Source: an uncultured Bacillota bacterium (GTDB taxonomy: Bacteria; Sysuimicrobiota; Sysuimicrobiia; Sysuimicrobiales; Segetimicrobiaceae). From it: a stretch of 49,695 bases of DNA. A program made the translations under genes and the position numbers. Below the pieces are notes generated by a model. The model saw nothing but the letters and a program-made list of their open reading frames with translations. It had not been told where the DNA came from and searched no databases. Below, one piece after another: positions 29,142-40,290 of the stretch. How positions within the stretch are numbered: position 1 is the stretch's first letter; the number at the start of each line of letters is the position of its first letter. The stretch lies in assembly GCA_963804645.1 (NCBI GenBank), contig CAWDRG010000021.1:1-49695 (forward strand), in the 5' to 3' direction.

Positions 29142-29456
29142 TTACTTGTTCTTGGACCCGTTCATCATGGACTGCGCCAGATCGTTGTCCGCCTGCCACA
29201 GCATCTTCATCATCGCGGCCATCTCGTCCAGTTCCTTCTGCATCGCCTTTTCCGTGGGCGTCATCGTCATCCCGTGTGCCGAGGTCATATCCTGCTGCAT
29301 CTGCGTCATCTGCATTTCCATCTGCTTCAGGATTGCCTGCGCCTCGGCCGGACTCGGCCCCTGCTGCTGCGCGCGCACGGCGGACAGATTCCCGCCCGCC
29401 ATAGCCACGACGAATCCCATGAGCACGCCGATCGCGATCCACTGAAGCTTCTGCAT
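29142..29456 (-). CDS. Small secreted Met-rich protein (candidate periplasmic metal-binding)
   Basis: Sec signal peptide MQKLQWIAIGVLMGFVVAMAGGNLSAVRA; mature part rich in MxM/MxxM motifs (MEMQMTQMQQDM, MTMTPTEKAM, MAAMMKM). Confidence 0.55.
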   Translation of the reverse strand: MQKLQWIAIGVLMGFVVAMAGGNLSAVRAQQQGPSPAEAQAILKQMEMQMTQMQQDMTSAHGMTMTPTEKAMQKELDEMAAMMKMLWQADNDLAQSMMNGSKNK

Positions 29457-29938
29457 TGTCTCGCCTCCTCGATTGATGGGTGCCTATCTTCGCGATCCGA
29501 CACACCGCGATCTCGCCGTTCGACCGACTCTCACCTCTCTTTTCGGTCCGCAGGGCCCCGGGGATTGGCAGCTCGCGCGATTCCCTGTGATGTAACGGTA
29601 CGCGAACGATATGACAATTCGATAATGCGCAGCGGATTCGAGCGTGCCAGTGTCATCACACGAGCATCGTGCTGTCATCAGGTTGTTATAAATCACTGCA
29701 GGTCGGGCGGAGGACCAACGCCCCGCGTACGGGGGTCCCGCGTGGCGGGACGGACAGTCGAATCGAGGCGCGGTACGCGCTCTGGGCACTGACCGGTCAG
29801 CGCGGCCTCGGACGGATCACGTTCATCTCATGGGGTGGATCTCATCACCGGGAGGCGGGCGTTCATCGGGATCTCGGGGCGCGACGCTGGGGCCGCGCCG
29901 GGTGGGACCGCGCGAGATGGCGGCGCCGGGATCGGCGC

Positions 29939-31372
<1,434 letters not shown>

Positions 31373-31485
31373 GGCCCCATCTCCTTCGGTCAGCGGGTGC
31401 GGGCCGCCCGCGGGGGCGCCGTGTTTCCTGTTCGAGTCGGACCGCCGGGGCCCCTGGTGCCGCGGCAGGGGGGCTCGCCGTCCGG

Positions 31486-32787
31486 GTGGAACCCGCCGTG
31501 CGTGGACGTGACACGCTGTCGGGGATGGTTGGAAGGCGTGCGCCGTGCGGCCGCGGCGGCGGGCGCGTGAGCGGTGAGGCCGAGGGGCCGCTTGACGGGC
31601 TGCGGGTCCTCGATGCGTCGCGGGTGCTCGCCGGGCCGTTCTGCACGATGCTGCTCGCCGATCTCGGCGCCGACGTTACTAAGATCGAGCGCCCGGGCGC
31701 GGGTGATGAATCGCGTGGATGGGGACCGCCGTTCGTCGAGTCCGCAGACGGCTCGCTCCGGGAATCGACCTACTATCTGTCGGTCAACCGCAGCAAGCGG
31801 AGCCTCACCCTGGACCTGATGACCGAGGCCGGGCGCGAGATCTTCCACCGGCTTGCTGCCGCGTCGGACGTGGTCGTGGAGAACTTCCGCCCGGGGACGC
31901 AGGCGGGCCTCGGCGCCGACTACGACACCCTCGCCGCGCTGAACCCGCGGCTGGTGTACTGCTCGATCTCGGGGTTCGGCCCGGTGGGGCCCGACCGGCT
32001 GCTTCCCGGGTACGATCTCCTGATGCAGGGCTTCACCGGGCTCATGTCGATCACGGGGGAGGCCGGGAAGGAGCCGGTGCGGGCGGGCGTCGCCGTGATC
32101 GATCTCGCCACTGGAATCTCAGGAGTGAGCGCGATCCTCGCCGCGCTCCTCGTGCGGGACCGCACCGGGCGCGGCCAGCGGATCGACCTGTCGCTCCTCG
32201 CCACCGGGTTGTCGCTCATGAGCTATGCCGCGCAGGCCTACTTTCTCACCGGCCGCCAGCCCAAGCTGCCGTCGCCGTCGGGCCACCCGAACCTGGCGCC
32301 GTACCAGGCCTTCCGCGATCGGGACGGGCGGTGGTTCCTCGTCGCGGTCGGCAACGACGACCAATGGCGGCGGTGCTGCGCCGCGCTGGAGATCGGGCCC
32401 GACGATGAGGCTCGGTTTCGCAGCAACGCCGACCGGGTGACCCGCCGCGCCGAGCTGATCCCGATGCTCGAGCGGCTGTTCGCGACGGGGTCCGCCTCCG
32501 AGTGGGTGGCGCGGTTCGAGCGTGCGGGCGTGCCCGCCGGGCCGGTGCACTCGTTGGCCGAGGTCTTCGCCCACCCGCAGGTCGAGGCATCGGGGCTCGT
32601 CGAGACGCTCGAGCATCCGGTGCTGGGGACGCTTAAGACGGTCGGGCCGGCGCTGCGGATGTCGGAGACGCCTCCGAGCCTGCGGGCGGCCCCGCCGACG
32701 CTGGGACAGCACACCGACGAGATCCTGCGCGAGCTCGGGATCGCCGACGCGGAGATCGCGCGGCTGCGCCGGGACCGGGTGGTGTAG
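31486..32787 (+). CDS. Family III CoA-transferase (CaiB/BaiF family)
   Basis: [37 protein letters not shown]...; true start may be downstream of 31486. Confidence 0.75.
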   Translation: MEPAVRGRDTLSGMVGRRAPCGRGGGRVSGEAEGPLDGLRVLDASRVLAGPFCTMLLADLGADVTKIERPGAGDESRGWGPPFVESADGSLRESTYYLSVNRSKRSLTLDLMTEAGREIFHRLAAASDVVVENFRPGTQAGLGADYDTLAALNPRLVYCSISGFGPVGPDRLLPGYDLLMQGFTGLMSITGEAGKEPVRAGVAVIDLATGISGVSAILAALLVRDRTGRGQRIDLSLLATGLSLMSYAAQAYFLTGRQPKLPSPSGHPNLAPYQAFRDRDGRWFLVAVGNDDQWRRCCAALEIGPDDEARFRSNADRVTRRAELIPMLERLFATGSASEWVARFERAGVPAGPVHSLAEVFAHPQVEASGLVETLEHPVLGTLKTVGPALRMSETPPSLRAAPPTLGQHTDEILRELGIADAEIARLRRDRVV

Positions 32788-32790
32788 CCC

Positions 32791-33360
32791 GTGGAGGCGC
32801 GGCGGCTCGCGACCACGGCCATGCTCGCCGCCCTCGCCTTCATCGTCATGGCCGCGATTCAGATCCCGGTGTTGCCGCAGGCGCCGTACCTGACCTACGA
32901 CCCCAGCGACGCGGTGGCGCTGGTCGCCGGCGTCCTCTACGGGCCGGGGACCGGGGTGACCGTGGTGGCGATCAAGGATCTCTTGTACCTGCTGCTGCGC
33001 GCGCACGGGCCGTTCGGTCCGGCGGCGGATTTTCTCGCCGCCGCCACCTTCGTCTGGGTCACGTCATGGACGTTTGCGCGGCTGCACGGGTCGTTTGCGC
33101 GCCGGCTCGCCTGGGCCGCGGCGTCCGGCACGGCCGCCCGGGTGCTCATCATGATCCCGGCGAACTTCATGCTGCTGTGGCTCCAGTTCGGCACCGCACC
33201 CGCGGGGGTCGCACGGCTGGTGCTGCCGGTGATCGTGCCCTTCAACGCCGTGAAGGCGGCCGCGAACGCGCTGCTCGCGCTGTGCATCGCGGAGCCGGTC
33301 GCGCGCGCCGCCGCGCCGCGCGGCCGCGCACCGTGGAGCGGACCGCCTACATCCCGGTGA
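32791..33360 (+). CDS. Small integral membrane protein, ECF-transporter S-component-like
   Basis: 5-6 predicted TM helices, 189 aa, start 4 nt after the CoA-transferase stop. Confidence 0.4.
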   Translation: MEARRLATTAMLAALAFIVMAAIQIPVLPQAPYLTYDPSDAVALVAGVLYGPGTGVTVVAIKDLLYLLLRAHGPFGPAADFLAAATFVWVTSWTFARLHGSFARRLAWAAASGTAARVLIMIPANFMLLWLQFGTAPAGVARLVLPVIVPFNAVKAAANALLALCIAEPVARAAAPRGRAPWSGPPTSR

Positions 33361-33763
33361 CGCGCTCGGGCTCGATGTAGATGCTCACCCGGTTCTCGGG
33401 ACGGTCCCCTCCGGGGTAGCCGTACGGCTTCCCCGTGTAGCGCTGGGAGAGCCGGTTGATGTCGCGCGCGCCGTTCTCCGCGTCGAACACCGCGGCTTTC
33501 CCGTGGATCTGCACGTAGTGGTAGGGGTTGTCTTTGTCGACGATCGCGAGGACGACGTCCGGGTTCTGCTGCATGTTGCGGAGCTTCGTCCGCCCCTTCG
33601 ACGTGTTGACGAGGACGCGGCCGTCGGACAGCACGAACCAGACCGGCGTGGCCTGGATCCGGTTGGCGCGCGAGCGCGTCACCAAGACGGCGAAGTTCGG
33701 CTTCTCAAGAAACTCACGGACCGGCGCGGAGAGTGCGGTGGCCACGCCTACATCACCTCCCAA
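33347..33763 (-). CDS. Pyridoxamine 5'-phosphate oxidase family / F420-dependent-type small oxidoreductase
   Basis: EFLEKPNFAVLVTRSRANRIQATPVWFVLSDGRVLVNTSKGRTKLRNMQQNPDVVLAIVD split-barrel PPOX pattern. Confidence 0.6.
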   Translation of the reverse strand: MGGDVGVATALSAPVREFLEKPNFAVLVTRSRANRIQATPVWFVLSDGRVLVNTSKGRTKLRNMQQNPDVVLAIVDKDNPYHYVQIHGKAAVFDAENGARDINRLSQRYTGKPYGYPGGDRPENRVSIYIEPERVTGM

Positions 33764-34047
33764 GTGGATCGATCGACGACCCGACGCGGGCCAGCGACCG
33801 CGCGCCCGGTTCGCTGTTCTTGAATGGGGGAGGCCGGTCCTGCCGGCGCCGCCACCCGCCGCACGGCCCTTTACCGGAATTTCATTGGATCGTTACGACT
33901 TTTCAACCTGACGTGGGCGGTATCGGCTTGACACGCACGTTAGGTATTCCTACAATCAGTGCGGCCATTCAATTCCCGATAAAGTTGGCCTGCACGGCGC
34001 AGTGCCCGCCGTGCAGTTGCATGTCAGCCCATCGGCAGGGAGGAATC

Positions 34048-34524
34048 GTGTCGGAGCGCATGGGAACCCTGTATCAGATCGGTGAAGTGTGTCAACTCAC
34101 CGGGCTCACACCCCGGGCGCTGCATTACTACGACGAGCTTGGCGTGATGGTGCCATCGGAACGGTTGGCGGGGGGCCACCGACTGTACACCGATTCCGAC
34201 ATCCAGCGCATCCAGCAGATCAAAAGCTTCAAGAGTCTTCTCGGCCTCTCGCTGAGCGAAATCAAGCGCATCCTTGACGCCGACGAGGCGCGGACGCGGT
34301 TTCTCGCGGCCGCTCAAGAGGCGGCCGACCCCACGGGGCGAACCCGGGCCGTCGAAAGCGCGTTAAAAGTGACAGAAGATCAGCTGCGGTCTGTGCGGAG
34401 CAAGGTGCAGCAACTGGGACAGCTGCAGCGGCAGCTCGAACGCCACGTGCGCGAGCTGCGGCGGCTGCTCCACGATGCGGACCGCAGCCACGGAGCCGAG
34501 CGCATCGTAGGGGGTCGAGCGTGA
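34048..34524 (+). CDS. MerR-family transcriptional regulator
   Basis: YQIGEVCQLTGLTPRALHYYDELGVMVPSERLAGGHRLYTDSDIQRIQQIKSFKSL HTH; GGGAGG RBS; stop overlaps MFP GTG start (GTGA). Confidence 0.75.
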   Translation: MSERMGTLYQIGEVCQLTGLTPRALHYYDELGVMVPSERLAGGHRLYTDSDIQRIQQIKSFKSLLGLSLSEIKRILDADEARTRFLAAAQEAADPTGRTRAVESALKVTEDQLRSVRSKVQQLGQLQRQLERHVRELRRLLHDADRSHGAERIVGGRA

Positions 34525-35904
34525 AGAGTCGATCGTGGGGATGGATCGCGCTGGTCTGCATCGCACTCGTCGCGGGGCTGTTGGTCGGACGATCGGGATC
34601 GACGAAGGTCGCGAGTCAGGCCGCGGCGGCTCCCACGACCTCGCGGGCGCGGAACCGCGTCGCCACGACGGTCGGCGTCGGGCACCCGGAAGTTAAGAAT
34701 CTGCCGGTGATCCTGCAGCTGACCGCGAGCATCGCGTCGCTGCACGAGGCGGTGGTCCTGCCGCAGAGCTCGGGATACCTGCAGGTGGTGACGGTGCGCG
34801 TCGGCGATCCGGTCACGGCGGGTCAGGTGGTCGCCGTGGTGAACCACGACCAGCTCCAGGCGCAGGTGGTGCAGGCGCAGGCGGCGCTGGCGGCCGCGAC
34901 GACCGCGGTCCAGACGTCGCGGGCGTCCGTCGCGAACGCCCAGGCGCAGCTGGCGAGTGCGATCGCGGGAGAGCGCAGTGCCGACGCGAACCTCGTGAAC
35001 GCCCACGCGGGGCTCACCAAGGCGCAGGCGACCCTCGCAGACGCCCAGGCGACGTACGACCGCACGGCGACGCTGGTTCAGCAGGGGGCCGCCGCACAGC
35101 AGGCGCTCGACGACGCGAAGGCGACGGTGATCTCGGATCAAGCGGCCGTCGATCAAGCGCGGGCGCAGATCAGCGTGGCGGAAGCCCAGGTGGTGCAGTC
35201 GCGCGCGCAGGTGACCGCGCAGCAGCAGCAGATCCTGGCCGCGCAGTCGCAGGTGCACACGCAGTCGGCGATGGCGAATTCGGCGGCCGCCGCGCTGCAG
35301 AACCAGCAGATCGGACTCCAGAACGCCACGATCGTCGCGCCGTTTACGGGGATCGTGGTCGCGCGCACCCTGGACCCCGGGGCGTACGTGACGCCCGGGA
35401 CGTCGACGCCCATCGTCACCATCGCCGACCTGAGTCAGCTGTACGTCCTGGTGGACGTGAGCGAAGCGCAGCTGCCGATGGTCCACCGGGGCGACCCGGT
35501 GCAGATTTTGGTCGACAGCCTACCCCGGCCGGACGTTTACCGGGCGCGTCAGCCGGATGTCGGGCGGCGTCGATCCGCAGACGCGCACCGTGCAGGTGGA
35601 GATCGACATTCCGAATGTGGGGCATCCGCTGCGGCCGGGGATGTACGCCACGGCGCTGATCAACGCGGGCGACCAGCGCTCGCTCGTGGTGCCGCTGACC
35701 GCGATCGTCACGATCGGCAGCGAGCACTACGTGTGGGCGGTCGTCGACGGGAAGACGACCCAGCGGCAGGTGACCATCGGCCGCGAGACCGGTTCGTACG
35801 TGGCCGTCACCGGCGGGGTCACCGAGGCCGATACCGTCGTGTTCCGCGGATCCGACCTCGTGCGGGAAGGGCAGGCCGTGCAAACCCAGCAGGTCAGTCT
35901 CTAG
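34521..35904 (+). pseudogene. HlyD-family membrane fusion protein (RND/efflux adaptor), single 1-bp insertion frameshift
   Basis: N-terminal TM, coiled-coil, IVAPFTGIVVARTLDPGAYV...; frame shifts at CCCC run 35524..35527 (CCC would give ...DSLPGRTFTGRVSRMSGGVDPQTRTVQVEIDIPN continuing into ORF 35557..35904). Confidence 0.7.
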
Positions 35905-35913
35905 GAGCGCCCG

Positions 35914-38900
35914 ATGTTTCTGACCCGCGCCGCGATCCGGAATCCCGTCCTGGTGCTGATGGTGTGCATCGCGGTCACCGTGTTGAGTCAGATCGGGCTG
36001 CAGCGGCTGCCGCGCGACCTGTTCCCGCAGATCACGATCCCGGTCATCCAAGTCCAGACGACCTACAGCGGCGCGAGCACGGAGACGATGGAACGCACCG
36101 TGACGTACCCGCTGGAGCAGGCGGTCACGCGGGTCGCCGGCGTCACGCAGATTCTGTCGACGACGCGCCAGGGCAGCAGCAGCATCCAGGTGTGGTTCGA
36201 CTGGGGCTCGAACCTCGATGTCGGCGAGATCGAGGTCATCCAGAACGTACAGCGGGCGCTGCGGAGCCTGCCGACCGGGGTGTCGCAGCCGTTCGTCCTC
36301 AAGTTCGACATCTCCAACATCCCGGTCGTCCAGGTGGTGGTCGGCGGCGGCGGGCTCAACGCCCTCCAGCTGTACGACCTCGCGTACAATACGCTCGAGC
36401 CGCAGCTCGAGCGTATCTCGGGCGTCTCGACCGCGTTCGTGAACGGCGGGCTCCTGCGGCAGATCAACGTCAACGTCGATCCGCACAAGCTGGCGGCCAC
36501 CGGGCTGTCGCTGCAGAACGTGATCACCGCGATCAGCCAGGCGAACGCGCTGCTCCCGGCCGGCAACCTGCAGAACACCCAACTCAACTATCAGCTGAAC
36601 GTGCCGACGCTGCTGCAGTCGATGCCCCAGATTCAGCACGTCATCGTCGCGAACGACAACGGCATCCCGGTGCACGTCGGCGACGTCGCCCAGGTGGTGG
36701 ACGGCGCGGCGACGCAGAGCCAGATCGTCCACGTGAACGGCAAGCCCGGCGTCCTCCTGTTCGTGGCGCGGCAGCCCGACGCGAACACGATCCAGGTCGT
36801 GGACGCCGTCCGCGCGGCGCTGCCGAGTCTGACCGGGATCCCAAAGGGCGTCACGCTGACGCTGTCGTTTGACCAGTCGCAGTACATCCGGGCGGCGATC
36901 TCGACGCTCGCGCACGAAGCAATGATCGGCGCGTTCCTGACGTTCCTCGTGGTGCTGGTGTTCCTGCGCAGCCTGTGGAGCGTGTTCATCGTCAGCATCG
37001 GCATTCCGCTGTCGGTGTCCTCGGCGCTGCTGCTGCTCTACTTCTCGGGCCAGACGCTCAACATCTTCACGCTCGGCGGCCTCACCCTCGCGATCGGCCG
37101 CCTGGTGGACGACGCGATCGTCGTCCGGGAGAACATCACGCGGCACCTCTCCGTGCCCGGCACGCCGGTGCTGCAGGCCGTGATCGACGCGACGGCCGAG
37201 GTCGGCCTGCCGGTGTTCGCGTCGACGTCCACGACGATCGCGGTGTTCTTCCCGGTCGTGTTCCTGAGCGGGATCGCGCAGCGCCTGTTCATGCCGATGG
37301 CCCTGACGGTGATCTTCGCGCTGCTCGCCTCCTACGTCGTCTCGATGACGATCGACCCGCTGTTGAGCCTCCGCGTGCTGCGCGCGTCGACCGGGGAGGG
37401 GATCCAGGGGGAGGGCCTGATCCCGCGGGTCGCCCGGTGGAGCGAACGCATGATGGACCGGCTCGACGAGCACTACCAGCACGTGCTGCACTGGACGCTG
37501 AGCCGCGGAGGCCGGGTGCTGGGCGCGATCGCGGTCATCTTCGTGATCTCGGTCTTCGCCGCGCGCGGCATCGGCACGGAGTTCTTCCCGCAGACCGACG
37601 AGAGCCAGTTCTCGATCCAGGTGCAGGCGCCGCAGGGCACGGCGGTGGTGGCGGCGTCCCAGATCGTGGAGCAGATCTCGGACATCACGCAGCAGGTGAT
37701 CCCCGCGAAGTACCGCACCGCCGTGTACACGAACACCGGGATCCCCTCGAACGGCGGCGGGTTCGGCTCCAACGCGGGCCAGAACTACGGCACCGTCAGC
37801 GTGCGGCTAGTCTCTCCCTCGCAGCGCCCGAAGTCGTCCGACGCCTACGCGAACGACGTGCGCCGGGCGATCGCCGGAAAGTTCCCGGGCGTCCTGACGT
37901 TCATCCAGACGGGCGGGCTGGAGCACGCGGTCGTGAACTTCGGATCCCAGGCGGCGATCGACATCCAGCTGCTCGGATACGATCAGACCGCCGGCGTGCA
38001 GTTCGCCCAGCAGGTGGCGTCGATGGTGGCGTCAATTCCCGGTACCGCCGATGTGCAGATTACGCCGCGCGGGCAGACGCCGGAGTTCAACGTGCAGGTC
38101 GACAACGAACGGGCGTCCCAGTACGGATTGAGTCCCACCGCCGTCGCGAACGCGGTCAATACTGCGATTGCCGGCAACGTCTCGACCGCGAGCCAGTTCA
38201 TCGATCCCGTCACCGGGAACGAGTACAACATGGTCGTCCAGCTGCAGCAGCAGTATCGGACGCACCCCGAGGATCTCGGCGGGGTGCCGCTCAACGTGCT
38301 GCCGGATCCGGCCGCGGTGAACTCCGCGCCGCAGTCGGCCGTGCCGATCCTGCTGCGGGACGTCGCCAATATCACCCTCGGCTCCACGCCGCTCCAGATC
38401 AACCGCAAGAACGAGCAGCGCGTGATCGACGTGACGGCGAACGTCGTGGACCGCCCGCTCGGCGCGGTGTCGGACGATATCGCCGCGGAGCTCAACCAGA
38501 CGCCGTTCCCCGTGGGCTTCACGTATCACATGGCCGGGCAGACCGAAGCCCAGTCGGGCGCGTTCTCGAGCCTCGGCTTCGCCTTGATCATGGCGCTGAT
38601 GCTGGTGTACATGATCATGGCGTCGCAGTTCCAGTCGCTCGTGGACCCGTTCGTCATCATGTTCACGGTGCCGCTGGGCTTCATCGGCGTGATCTGGATG
38701 CTCTTGCTGACGCACACGACGCTGTCGATCATCTCCTTCATGGGCGTGATCATGATGATCGGCATCGTCGTCAGCAACGGCATCCTGCTCGTGGACTACG
38801 CGAACAAGCAGCAGAAGGTGGGGATGTCCCCCCATGACGCGATCATCCGGGCCGGCCGGATCCGGCTCCGGCCGATTCTGATGACCGCGATCGCGACGGT

Positions 38901-39081
38901 GTGCGGCATGATTCCCATGGCGCTCGGGATCGGCGAGGGCGCGGAGACGAACATGCCGCTCGCCCGGGCCGTGATCGGCGGCCTCTCGGTGTCGACGCTG
39001 CTGACCCTGCTCGTCATCCCGTTGATGTATCTGATGTTCGAGCAGCGGTTTCCGCGCCGACGTCAGCTCGGGCAGGACTGA
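35914..39081 (+). CDS. RND-family efflux transporter permease (AcrB/HAE-like), intact 1055 aa
   Basis: 12-TM RND architecture with two large periplasmic loops; length and motifs typical. Confidence 0.85.
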   Translation: MFLTRAAIRNPVLVLMVCIAVTVLSQIGLQRLPRDLFPQITIPVIQVQTTYSGASTETMERTVTYPLEQAVTRVAGVTQILSTTRQGSSSIQVWFDWGSNLDVGEIEVIQNVQRALRSLPTGVSQPFVLKFDISNIPVVQVVVGGGGLNALQLYDLAYNTLEPQLERISGVSTAFVNGGLLRQINVNVDPHKLAATGLSLQNVITAISQANALLPAGNLQNTQLNYQLNVPTLLQSMPQIQHVIVANDNGIPVHVGDVAQVVDGAATQSQIVHVNGKPGVLLFVARQPDANTIQVVDAVRAALPSLTGIPKGVTLTLSFDQSQYIRAAISTLAHEAMIGAFLTFLVVLVFLRSLWSVFIVSIGIPLSVSSALLLLYFSGQTLNIFTLGGLTLAIGRLVDDAIVVRENITRHLSVPGTPVLQAVIDATAEVGLPVFASTSTTIAVFFPVVFLSGIAQRLFMPMALTVIFALLASYVVSMTIDPLLSLRVLRASTGEGIQGEGLIPRVARWSERMMDRLDEHYQHVLHWTLSRGGRVLGAIAVIFVISVFAARGIGTEFFPQTDESQFSIQVQAPQGTAVVAASQIVEQISDITQQVIPAKYRTAVYTNTGIPSNGGGFGSNAGQNYGTVSVRLVSPSQRPKSSDAYANDVRRAIAGKFPGVLTFIQTGGLEHAVVNFGSQAAIDIQLLGYDQTAGVQFAQQVASMVASIPGTADVQITPRGQTPEFNVQVDNERASQYGLSPTAVANAVNTAIAGNVSTASQFIDPVTGNEYNMVVQLQQQYRTHPEDLGGVPLNVLPDPAAVNSAPQSAVPILLRDVANITLGSTPLQINRKNEQRVIDVTANVVDRPLGAVSDDIAAELNQTPFPVGFTYHMAGQTEAQSGAFSSLGFALIMALMLVYMIMASQFQSLVDPFVIMFTVPLGFIGVIWMLLLTHTTLSIISFMGVIMMIGIVVSNGILLVDYANKQQKVGMSPHDAIIRAGRIRLRPILMTAIATVCGMIPMALGIGEGAETNMPLARAVIGGLSVSTLLTLLVIPLMYLMFEQRFPRRRQLGQD

Positions 39082-39083
39082 TC

Positions 39084-39893
39084 GTGCCGGCCCCTGAGGT
39101 GGCCGGCGCCGGGGAGCTGAAGATCGAGGGGCTCAGTGTCTCACTGACACGGCCCTCGGGCGACCTCCCGGTCCTCAACGACGTCTCGCTCGACGTGCCG
39201 GCCGGCAAGACCGCGGCGCTGGTCGGGGCGAGCGGCGCCGGGAAGTCCATGACGGCGTACGCCGTGCTCCGGCTGTTTCCGGTCGACGCGAAAATCACCG
39301 CCGGGCGCATCCTGCTCGACGGCGTCGACCTGGTGCCGATGTCCGAACGGGCGCTCTCGGCCGTACGCGGCCGGCGCGTCGCGATGATCTTCCAGGAACC
39401 CTCCTCGGCGCTCGATCCCGTGATGTCGATCGGGGATCAGGTGATGGAGGGCATCGTGGCCCACCTCGGCCGCAGGGGCGCGCGCGAGCGCGCCACCGAG
39501 GCGCTGCAGCGGGTGGGCCTCGACCCGTCGCTGCTGCGGCGGTACCCGCACGAGCTGTCCGGCGGGCAGCGCCAGCGGGTGCTGATCGCCGCGGCAATCG
39601 CGCCGGGGCCGACGCTCTTGATCGCCGACGAGCCGACCGCGTCGCTCGACGTGACCGTCCAGGCGCAGATCCTGGATCTGCTCGACCGGCTCCAGGACGA
39701 GCTCGGGATGTCGCTTCTGCTGATCACGCACGACCTCGGCATCGTGGCGCAGATGGCCGACCTGGTGCACGTGATGCGCGGCGGGCACATCGTGGAGGCG
39801 GCGGAGACGCGGCAGCTGTTTGCCGCGCCGCAGCACCCGTACACGAAGGCGATCGTGGAGGGCGCCCGGCGGATGGGATTCTGGCCCACCTGA
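39084..39893 (+). CDS. ABC transporter ATP-binding protein (DppD/OppD-like), no cognate permease nearby
   Basis: Walker A GASGAGKS, signature LSGGQRQRV, Walker B LLIADEPT, H-loop ITHDL; GTG start 3 nt after RND stop. Confidence 0.75.
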   Translation: MPAPEVAGAGELKIEGLSVSLTRPSGDLPVLNDVSLDVPAGKTAALVGASGAGKSMTAYAVLRLFPVDAKITAGRILLDGVDLVPMSERALSAVRGRRVAMIFQEPSSALDPVMSIGDQVMEGIVAHLGRRGARERATEALQRVGLDPSLLRRYPHELSGGQRQRVLIAAAIAPGPTLLIADEPTASLDVTVQAQILDLLDRLQDELGMSLLLITHDLGIVAQMADLVHVMRGGHIVEAAETRQLFAAPQHPYTKAIVEGARRMGFWPT

Positions 39894-40022
39894 TCCGCCA
39901 ACCGGGTGCCGACACCTCTCGGGTGAGAGGATGGGGCTGCCGTGGTGGGGAAGCCGAGCTGCGGCGAATACGCGAGAGGACGGCAACGATCAGGTGGCAC
40001 ACGTCTCAGCGGAAGGTGCGCC

Positions 40023-40232
40023 ATGGCGGATGTAAAGATTACCCCTACCGATCACGGGCCGTACCAGGTGGTGGGTGCGGTCCGGTTGGTTGACGCAGAC
40101 GGGAATGCTTGGGAGACGAAAGAAACCGTGTGGCTGTGCCGCTGCGGTCACTCCGCGCGCAAACCGTTTTGCGACGGATCCCACAAGACGAACAGTTTCT
40201 CCGCGTCCGACCGGGCGGGGAAGAAGGCCTGA
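40023..40232 (+). CDS. CDGSH-type iron-sulfur domain protein (69 aa)
   Basis: WLCRCGHSARKPFCDGSHK motif. Confidence 0.75.
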   Translation: MADVKITPTDHGPYQVVGAVRLVDADGNAWETKETVWLCRCGHSARKPFCDGSHKTNSFSASDRAGKKA

Positions 40233-40290
40233 CGGCACGTCCACGCTGCGCGCGTGACGTGTGACGGCGGCGTCGCCGTGTGGATCCGAG

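Noticed and set aside
28858-29505. N-terminal 216-aa extension of the 870-aa ORF upstream of the DyP start
   Set aside because: Overlaps the Met-rich gene in another frame and has low-complexity R/D/G composition. The DyP homology starts at MAADS (28857).
34380-37491. 368-aa (34380..35486) and 691-aa (35416..37491) minus-strand ORFs
   Set aside because: Antisense to the MFP and RND genes.
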